Origin: Octopus sinensis
Taxonomy: Eukaryota
DNA: 64,000 nt
Reading direction: 5' to 3'
Assembly (NCBI RefSeq): GCF_006345805.1
Contig: NC_043003.1
Coordinates: 87,668,001 to 87,732,000 of the forward strand
Both the position numbers and the translations under genes were made by a program. The notes below the pieces were generated by a model. The model was given only the letters and a program-made list of their open reading frames with translations, was not told the DNA's origin and ran no database searches. Below, piece by piece: positions 54,801-64,000 of this stretch (positions within the stretch are counted from its first letter, which is position 1; each line of letters opens with the position of its first letter).

Positions 54801-56260
54801 TTTTAGTTCTTCACTGTTAAAGAATTCTTCAACAATTTATTCTATTTTTGTTAATAACGTAATTCCCCGAGTATTCTTATAAACGCTGAAAAGTTTTCCG
54901 ATTTAAAATTTTAGTTCATCACAAAACCTTGTAAAGCTAAATATATATTTATATTTAAGATTTTTAAATTTTTAAATTTAAATATTTTAATAAGTCTTCT
55001 TGTATAATTTTGTATTTTATATAAATACTGAATGTTATGTAATGATTTAGTTATCGTAGTTATTTATAAAATTATTAGATTTTAACTCTATGTTTATTTG
55101 TAAGACTTTACTTAGCCAAAGAGATATATAGATAATTGGTAGTAGTATTTTCATTGATAAATATATTAGTAGTATTTATTGGATATTATATAACTACGGA
55201 TTGATAATTTCATTAAGTATTTAGTTGTTGAAGATATGTATTTTTTAATTTCATTTTAATTCTTAACTATATGGTTTTTATAAGTTATTAATTAGCCAAC
55301 GAGATATATGGATCGTTTATTAGTTAAAGCGTTCTTTTAAGATAGTTTGTTTGTTTGTTTACAATTTGCTTTTTCATCTTTAATCTTTTAATTTTTAATA
55401 TATTTCATAAGTAATAATGAATAATTAATTTATTAGGTTTTTATTATAAGTGCATATATATTTTTTTGATAGATATAATTTTAGATCTTAATTCTTATAT
55501 TTATATACATTTTTATATATATTCATTGATAATTTAGTTATTATTCAAATATTATATAATTATTTGATTTGAAATTAAATTTAATAATATGAATAGTGAT
55601 TATTTTTTTTGATTATTTTTTTTGTTAAATATTTAGGTAAATTAGATATTGACTATAACTGTGATTAGATTATTATGTTTTTTTAAAAGCCATATTATAC
55701 CTGAATAGGTAAATACATTTTCTATCTATTCTTACCTTAAAAATTAATATTTAACATTATAATCGATTGTATGACTTAATCATAATCGTTAAAGTTTCTA
55801 GTTTGATAATAGAGTTTTTTATAAGAAAAATTATTATTTTATTTATTTTTTTAAAAAATATTGTTTAAATATATTTATTTATTTAACTATTATCATTAAC
55901 CTGAAGATTGACTATAACCATAATTCAAATTATTAATTGAATTTAAATTATTGTTATTTGAATTAGGTTATGGGCATGAAACAATCGTAGTGGTTTTATT
56001 TTTTATCTTATATCAAACTTTTTATACTTTTTGATAGTTATATATATTTAATAAAATAAAAAATATATATATATAAAAATTTATAAATATAAATTAATAA
56101 TTTTAAATTTTTAACTTTAAATTAAAATTATTTAAATTTTGAATTTTATATTTTATATATTTTGTATTTTATATGAATTAATTTTATTTCTATGTTTTGG
56201 TTTATGTTTTTCACTGTTTGATTTGCCTAATAGTGGTTTTATCTCTAATTTAATTTATAT
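51855..56260 (+). mobile_element. Very AT-rich Penelope-like element with direct terminal repeats
   Basis: An ~85-bp direct repeat at ~51857-51943 and ~56173-56260. ORF pieces IPIPSRKEY, IVQSDKTRNLY, RITLKDHKDNF..PKVRLI, GGLYRDDLL and YINVNSNHPP. I could not find a GIY-YIG. Hammerhead-like core at 55901-55989. Confidence 0.85.
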
Positions 56261-56269
56261 ATATATACA

Positions 56270-56628
56270 TAACTTTAAAAGAAGCATATCCCAGCGTGAT
56301 TGTTGCCAGCATCGCCTTATCGGCAAATGTGCTGGTGGCATGTGAAATACAACATTTAAGCGTGGTCATTGCCAGTGCCGCTGGACTGGCTCTCGTGCAA
56401 GTAGCATGTAAAAACTCCTTTTGAGCATGGTCATTGCCAGAACTGCCTGACTGACCCTCGTGCCGCTGGCATGTAAAAAGCACCCACTACACTCTCAGAG
56501 TGGTTGGCATTAGGATGGGCATCTAGCTGTAGAAACTTTGCCAGATCAGAATGAGCCTGGTGCAGCCTCTGGCTCACCAGTCCTCGGTCAAACCATCCAA
56601 CCCATGCCAGCATGGAAAGTGGACGTTA
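56270..56628 (+). mobile_element. RTE 3' UTR fragment
   Basis: AAAAAGCACCCACTACACTCTC..CATGGAAAGTGGACGTTA. Confidence 0.85.
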
Positions 56629-57421
56629 GCGGAGAAAAGCTAATTAGTAGGTAATTAGTTACTTAACTAATTAGCTCTTCTCCTCGGGTAGTAAATATTA
56701 TGTCTAACAGATTCTATAATTTAATTCATTAATAACAATTCACTATCTACTAAATCTGGGTAACTTACTCTTCTTAATTACTTCTCTTCATAAAAATAAA
56801 TCACCTACTAAACCTAAGAAAATTATTCATCTTGATTACTCCTCTTCCAATTTTTCTAATATATATATTTGATCCCTAATATATTCACTTTATTAATAAG
56901 ACTTTTGTCCTCAGTTATTGAGTATTATGCCTACTCATAATAAATGATAGATTTTTCTCCAAAATGAATAAATATTAGATTTATAATTTCTCCTTTAATC
57001 CAACGTATCAAAATATTCAACACCTACCAGCTAAGTATAAATCTGATGTATATAAGTATAAAGGGATCTCTGTATTCTCTATAACTTTTTGGTATATAGG
57101 TGGTCACTGTGACCATCTGACATTGACCTAGTTTTCTTAATACAAAATCTGTTTGCCAAATAGTAGTAAAAAGCTTCTAGGGCATTATAACCCCCTCTCT
57201 ACCTTAATTTCTTTATGAAGAGCTTCTGACATTTATTTCACCCCTATTTTTATAAATAAAAAATCTCTTTTGTCTCCTTTCAACTGATTATACTTCTCAA
57301 ATGTATACTAATTATATATATATACATATACATATATATAAATACAGATATATACACTTTGTATATATACATTATATATACATTTCATTTCATTTCATTT
57401 AATTTGAGTTTGAGTCCATGC

Positions 57422-60400
57422 TCAGGCCAAATCGAAGACTCCACCTTCAGAGTCTGGTGTGGTTGCCAGGTTGTATTCTCTGTTTAATTTTGACATGTGT
57501 AGGAGCGAGTTTGAGTCAGTTTGTGCTCGTTGTGTATATCCTGGGAGATGGGGTTCATCTCTAATGGTGCTTAAGTATCTATCCAGCTGCAATTTGAATG
57601 ATTCCACACTGCATCCTGATAGATTTCTGACATGTACCGGAATGGAGTTGAATAGTTGTGCTCCTCGAACCAACAGACTTGACTCTCGCAGGGTTTTGCT
57701 GCCTGGCCAGCCTTTTTGTTGATTGGTGGTAGCTGGCAGCGTCTTCCGTGGCACAGTGAGTGGTAGATTTTGATACCAAAGTTTGGCACCTTTTGCTCTA
57801 TCATTTTCCAAATGTATATAATTCGGTATCGCTCAAATCTTCTTTCTATTGAGTACATCTTCAAGGTTTTGAGTCTTTGCCAATAGTCCAGGTCCCTCGT
57901 TTCTGAGAAGTATGAGGTAAAATTTCTTTGGAGCGATTCCATCTTAGATAGTTGGCCCTTTGTTGTTGGTGACCACAACTGAGAACAGTAGTCAATCCTC
58001 GGAAGTATCATACTGTTCCAGAGGGTTTTCATTGTTGAGGTATCTCTTGATTTGAAGGTGCGCAAGATCCACCCGCTGTACTTTCTTGCAGTAAGACAGA
58101 CTGAGTCAAGGTGTTCTCTGAATTTTAGGCTGGTTCCCATGTGGATGCCTAAATCTTTCGCATACTGTTTTTCCATTATTTGTTGTCCTGATGGGTTTCT
58201 GTAGTTTGTTGTATTTTTCAGATCTTGATCTGTTCCGTAGCGAATTAGTTCAAACTTCTTATCATTGAACAACATGTTGTTTGTTTCCTGCCATTTATAT
58301 ATGGTAGTCAGGTCCTTTTGTAAGGCCTCTGTATCCACCTCGTCTTTGATTTGTCTCATGACCCTGGTGTCATCAGCAAAGGATGAGACGTTGCTGGTTG
58401 TATCTTCATCTATGTCAGAGATGAGGATGAGAAACAGGATTGGGCCGAGTACTGCACCCTGAGGAACACTGCTGGTCACAGGTGAAGGTGTTGAATGGGT
58501 TCCATTCACAGTGACTGTTTGAGTTCTATTTGTAAGGAACTCATGTATCCATGTACCAACTTTTCCTCCTACTCCTAGCTTTCGAAGTTTGTGACCCAGG
58601 ATGCCATGATCTACCTTGTCAAATGCCTTGGCAAAGTCGAGGTAAATAACATCTGTGTTGTATCCATTCTCTAGATTTTCTAGGATTTGGTCACGGTGTG
58701 CCAGTAGTTGGGAAAGACATGATCTACCTAACCTGAATCCATGCTGGTTGCAGTTCAGCAGATTGTTGGATTCCAGGAACTCAACCAGTTTTCCACGAAC
58801 TATTCTTTCGAAGACCTTGATAATGTATGATGTCAGTGAGATTGGTCGGTAGTTCTTTGGTTTTGATTTGCTGTCCCCTTTATGTATTGGAGTTATGTGT
58901 GCTTCTTTATATGTATTTGGTATTTTGCCATTCTCCATAGATTCCCTCCATATCATGTAAAGGGGTTTCAACAATTGTACCTTGCAGTTTTTAAGTATCA
59001 TGGCATTGAAACCGTCAGACCCCGCAGCCGAGTGCATGGAGAGCTTGTCTATGGCTCTTTCTATGTCTTCTGGGTTGAAATCAATGTCGGATAGGGTAGG
59101 TTTAGTATGGTCGATATCCTTGAAGAATTTTCCTGGGTCATGGATCTTCATGGTTTTAGATGGCTCACTGAAGACACTTTCATACTGTTGACCCAACATT
59201 TCTGCCATTTCAATAGGATTATTCACTACATCCCCATTTTGTCTCTGGAGAGGTCCTATTGTTGACTTGGTATTCGAGTATTTCTTTGCAAAACTGTAGA
59301 AACATTTTGGATTTTTCTTGATGTTTTCTATGGCTCTCTTTTCTGCATTGTTACGTTCTTCATCATAGTGTTGTTTTAGATTGTCTTCTAATCTGTATAT
59401 TTGGTCAAGGACTTTCTGTAATTCATGTTTTGATGTCAGCTTAGATGTTTTGTTTCTTAGTCTTGACCTTTTGCGCATCAGGATCTTTCGCTCCCGTGGT
59501 ACAGGTTTTTTTGTGGATTTGGTTTTCTTAAGAGGAATATTTTTTGCACATATTTCTTCGTTCTTGTTTAAGAATTTCTTGTGTTTATCTGGCCCAGTAA
59601 GGTAGAGATCCCAGTCAATGATTTGTACCTGGTTGTTAGTAGTTTCCCAATTTGCCTGGTGATAATCATACCTGCATAGCTTTGGCATGTCCTTTTGTTT
59701 AAGAGTTGTGGCATTGGGCTCATTACCAATGTGTAAATGCATTTCAATAATATTGTGGTCTGAAAAGATTGTTGGGGTTGAGTGAAGGTCAAATAGCGTG
59801 TCCTCGTTGTTGGTGAAAACCAAGTCGATCGTATTATTATTTCTTGTTGCTTCTGTCATCATTTGTTTGAGGTATAATTTCTCTGTGACTTCCAACAGTT
59901 TGGCTGCCTGTATTTGTTCAGCTTTTGTCCCCAGTTTTAGTATGTGTCCATGTGGCCAGATGATGTTAGGGAAGTTGAAGTCACCAAGGACGATAATGTC
60001 TGGCATTGGACTCGCCATGTTTCCCAGAATTTGTTGGAGCTTTGTCAGTGGCTCAGTGAAGGATAATGTTGGGCTGTTTGGCGGTCTGTACATTATTGTT
60101 ACAACTGTATTAAGTTGGATGATTTTTATGCACAGCAGGTTGCAGTAGGCATTTGATTCATTGACAAGTTCTATGCATGCATAGGTATCATGGATATACA
60201 TGATAATGCCCCCATGGGATCTGCCTTGTCTATCACATCTGAAGATGTTGAATCTATTGATTGTGATTTCGCTGTTGCGGATGTTTTCGTTGAGATGACT
60301 TTCAGTAATTCCAATTATTTTTGAGTTGTTTTCTGTTGCTAATTCTTCCAAGCAAGGGACTTTACACTGTTTTGTTTTCGGATAAAGACCCTGGATATTT

Positions 60401-60630
60401 GCTGTTATTATGCTTGTTGTACCGGATACATCTGCCCTATTGTTGGCAAGACTGTTGTAGTTGCTGGGACTGTGCTGACTGGATATTCGGTCTGCTGGGC
60501 TGTCTGTATTTGTTGTATGTGCCCTGTAAGTCCAGGTGTCAGCCTTTGTATCAATGTTGCCTGGTTTTGCTGAGTCATCTGTATGGAGTACAGCTGTTGT
60601 AGTTGGTAGATTATGCCTAAAAAACTGCTT
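57422..60630 (-). CDS. LINE ORF2 (AP endonuclease plus reverse transcriptase); one frameshift near 57695
   Basis: Frame open from 60630: IITANIQGL, ITESHL, GDFNFP, SDH, NYRPISLTS, QHGFR, YLDFAKAFDKV, PQGAVLGP and FADDT. The C-terminus continues in ORF 57422-57811. Confidence 0.9.
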
Positions 60631-61170
60631 TCATTCATTACTATATCGAATTTCTGCGAGTTTGCGTTTGTTACAGCTGATGTATGCAATTGAGTAGCAT
60701 GATTTTCATTCACTGTTGAGCCGTGACCTGGTTTCCGCATTTTTGGGAAATGGTTTTCATACCCTGCTGAGCTTGGTCCTGGTGGTGTGGGTTCAGTAGT
60801 TTTTATGCGAATTGTACCCTTCCGGTGCATAAATTTGCAATTCTCTCCAAAACATTCTTTTTTTCTCAGCGAATTGCGGCACATCTTTGGGTGAAGGAGT
60901 TCACATTCTCGGCCATTTTGGCATCCTTTTTTTGATCAGTACCGAAGTTGATATATGGTTTGCATGGTTTGGGGTGACTGTACGTGCACCCTGTACCTGA
61001 AAGACCATGTTTGCACTTGTTGCTCCTGTAATGGATACATACTGGCCTTTCTTCATTTGAGCGTTTGCTCGGAATCTGTTTCTTTTCGTGGGAAGTTTGG
61101 TCTTTTTCTGCAGGATCTCCTGTTTCTTGTTTTGTAGGTGTTTGCATGTCATTGTCTTCATTCTTGTCAT
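60408..61170 (-). CDS. LINE ORF1 C-terminal part with three CCCH-type zinc fingers and a Q-rich tail; one frameshift at 60927-60933
   Basis: CIHYRSNKCKHGLSGTGCTYSH, CKPY..(GC)QNGRECELLH and CRNSLRKKECFGENCKFMH. Confidence 0.8.
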
Positions 61171-61499
61171 TTGTGTGGTCTATACATATTTATGTATAGA
61201 CCACACACACACACATATATATAAATTAACCCAATAAATATCTGATTCATAATATTTGTTCTCATGACTGTGTGGTAGTGGTAGCAATAATAATTCTCTC
61301 TATGAATGCAGACAGACATAGAGAGAGAGATAGAGAGAGAGAGGCTGTGGTTGAAAGAGTGAAGGCGGCGGGGGAAAGATAGTAGACACTGTCAAATGAT
61401 GCTATAGAGAGGTGAAAGGAAGGGAGTAAAGAGAGAGAGAGATGGAGAAAGACAGACATATAAAAGAATGAGAGTAGACTTGTCAAAGTGTGCGTTTTT

Positions 61500-62490
61500 G
61501 GCCCTAGCAACGACACTTTTTAAGATAGGGATTTCATTTTACATGTCCCTGTAAATTTTGGAGTCAATCCGACGGGATCCATGGTGTGAGACCAGGATGT
61601 CACTGCCGAGTCTAACATCTCAGAGTTGCTCTGTGAACCAGTCAGCCAAGTAGCATCCCGTTTGACCAATGTACAGAGAAGGACAGAAACAGCAGGAGAT
61701 GCAGTAAATGATGTTGTTAGAAGTACAAGTAAAGGAGTCAGTGATATGATAGGGATGATGATGGGTGCCTGTGAGGATGGTGGTGTTGAAGAGGTAGGGG
61801 TAAGTGTGACAGCGTGGGCAGGAGCAGGTGAACGAGCCAGGTTGGGAGATGGTGTTAGGGAAGAAACTGTGGACAAGGTCACATAGGTTGTAGGTTCGTT
61901 TGAAGGAAGGAATAGGTAGGTTGGGGAACATGTGCGAAGTGGAGGGGTCCGACTGGAATCACTGGAAGGTTAGGAGAATGGTGCGTTGGAGCAATGGTAG
62001 GTGAGGGGAAATGGGAGACAGGCAAAGGCAGAGCGGGTGTGAGGAGAGAGCAGTGGCAGATTCCAAAGAATGTGCTCTGGCAAGAGCGGTGTGGATAATG
62101 GTGAGGGGATATTCATGAAGGATGAAGTTGCGAGCCATGAGTTTAGACTGAGTCTCAAAGTCATGGTTGTCACTGCAAAGCCTGTGCAGATGGAGGAATT
62201 GGGAGTAAGGGATGGAGAGCTTGATGTGGGCAGGTTGGGAGGAGGAGAACTTGAGGTATGAGTGTGAGCCAGTGTGTTTGTAATGGATGGAGATAGTAAG
62301 AGTGGGGGGTGTGTATGTTGATCAAAATGTCGAGAAAGGCAGAAGAAGTGTGAACATGTCAGGTTGGAGTTTGAGTCAAAGGTCTAGAAAGTGTTTGAGG
62401 GCAAGAAGTCCTTCGTTGTGTGGGATTACCGTATATAGACTCTTGATATCAAAAGTGAAGAGAAGTTTAGAGAGGGAAGGAGAAACAGTT
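61500..62490 (-). mobile_element. Degenerate, internally deleted Penelope-like element (Neptune-like GIY-YIG)
   Basis: LFTFDIKSLYTVIPHNEGLLAL (RT motif A) and FTCSCPRC..SFTCTSNNIIYCISC..LYIGQTG. Confidence 0.82.
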
Positions 62491-62854
62491 GAAAAGACGA
62501 AGACCATGCACACACACACACACATGCACATATGGGCTTCTTGCAGTTTCCACTCATAAGGCTTTGGTAGAAGTGCCACAAGTGGGACTGAACTTGGAAC
62601 CATGTAGTTGGGAAGCAAGTTTCTTACCACACAACCACGCTGGCACCAATGCATATTTATAAACTGTATTTACAAATTTTGAAATTCATTTATCTGTGAA
62701 CTGATAACACAATGAAATACATATTTTGAGGTTTAAGACACATAACATGTTCCACAAGGTTTGTAAAAAAGCCTACATATCAAGTTTCAAGAAAATAACA
62801 AACAAGTTTAAAGTTATACTGTTGTTATGATGACAAGCTGATTATTGTTGCTAA

Positions 62855-63373
62855 TCTATATATATATAAAACTGTAGTTGTGTGAGTGTCTGTCTCCTAC
62901 GATTTAGATTCCTAACTCCTCCCACATTTTGCGGTGCAGTTTAACCAAATTCGGGTATCTTATAGTCGTGATTAATATCGAGCCCGTCTGGCTATTAGTG
63001 CGCATCTACGATGAGTCTACGATTTTAAAAATAATTTAATATCATTTTTTATTCCATTTTAATGCATAATTTTTCGTGTGTCAATGGCGGCGGAGTTGGT
63101 GTCCACGCTCAAACACCTGCACCTGTGTTTGCTTCTCCCCCTTCTTCCCTCCCTCGTGAAGCTGTGGGGAAGGGAGTTTAAGGAAATCAACGTTGTAATG
63201 CGTTATCAAGGAGACCAGCGTTCTTTTAGAACAACGACTTCATGGCTTGAAGACACCAAAACAGAAATGGCTAAGAAAGCCCGAATTGGCATCTATAAAG
63301 GAAGTAACTCTCTAAAAATGCTTATATAGTTATTTCCCTTACAAACCCGAGCAACGCCGGGCGATACTGCTAG
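62855..63373 (+). mobile_element. Non-autonomous Helitron
   Basis: 5' TCTATATATATATAAAA after an A. Subterminal hairpin CCCG(agcaacgc)CGGG; ends CTAG. Confidence 0.82.
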
Positions 63374-63771
63374 TCTTTATATATAAAAGTAAGGTTGTGT
63401 GTCTGTCTCCTACGATTTAGATTCCTAACTACTCCCACATTTTGCGGTGCAGTTTAACCAAAACCAGGTATCTTATAGTCGTGATTCATATCGAGCCCTT
63501 CTGGGTATTAGCGCGCGTCTACGACGAGTCTACGATTTAAAAAAAAATTTACCATCATTTTTTTCCATTTTAATGCATTTTTTTCGCTATTATATAAGGG
63601 AAGTAACTCTCTAAAAATGTCTACGATGAGTCAACGATTTTTAAAAAAATTTACTATCATTTTTTTTCCATTTTTAATGCATTTTTTGCTACTTTTTGGC
63701 TATAACTCTCTAAAAATGCTTATATAGTTATTTCCCTTACAAACCCGAGCAACGCCGGGCGATACTGCTAG
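63374..63771 (+). mobile_element. Non-autonomous Helitron, second copy head-to-tail
   Basis: Starts TC directly after CTAG. Same hairpin and CTAG end, followed by T. Confidence 0.82.
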
Positions 63772-64000
63772 TATAATATAAAGAGTAGTTGATAGCAAAA
63801 CTAGTGAAGTGCCAAACAATGCCTTGTGGCATATATTTCTGTTTCTTTGTATTCTCAGCTCAAAATGTTACAGAGGTTGACTTCAGGGTTTGATACAGTA
63901 AGTATCAGGAAGTTCTAGGATCAATTTAATCAATGAGACACCTTACTTCAAAATTTGTAGCTTTGTACTTAAGTCAAGATAAATATTGTTATTAATGCTG

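Larger units (their letters stand above)
57381..61171 (-). mobile_element. Near-intact CR1-group LINE, 5'-truncated within ORF1, with (AAATG)n tail
   Basis: ORF1 with CCCH fingers, an APE-RT ORF2, a short 3' UTR and tail repeats at 57381-57400. Confidence 0.95.

Noticed and set aside
39105-64000. Upstream FAR exon (HVSTAY motif)
   Set aside because: No matching peptide recognised by eye. It probably lies outside the window; a translated search would settle it.

Overview
AT-rich, repeat-saturated animal DNA. The SINE, RTE and (AT)/(ATAC) microsatellite landscape suggests an octopus or other cephalopod (inference). The only host gene I can support is a minus-strand fatty acyl-CoA reductase (FAR), seen as two phase-compatible exons (38927-39104 and 216-260) split by a 38.7-kb GT-AG intron; I found no other exon. 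The rest is transposon debris and microsatellite: RTE and CR1-group LINEs, Penelope-like elements (PLEs), Tc1/mariner, piggyBac, Chapaev3, Helitrons and SINEs. Main leads: (1) a near-intact CR1-group LINE whose ORF2 has no AUG ahead of its endonuclease and opens in the -1 frame immediately before a correctly phased U_UUU_UUA heptamer, suggesting programmed -1 frameshifting, with a similar layout in a second, distant CR1 copy; (2) about ten hammerhead-ribozyme-like motifs in PLE termini and tiny palindromic elements sitting in (TA)n tracts; (3) a 0.9-kb fold-back palindrome and a head-to-tail Helitron pair. All calls were made by eye, and boundaries of degenerate repeats are approximate.
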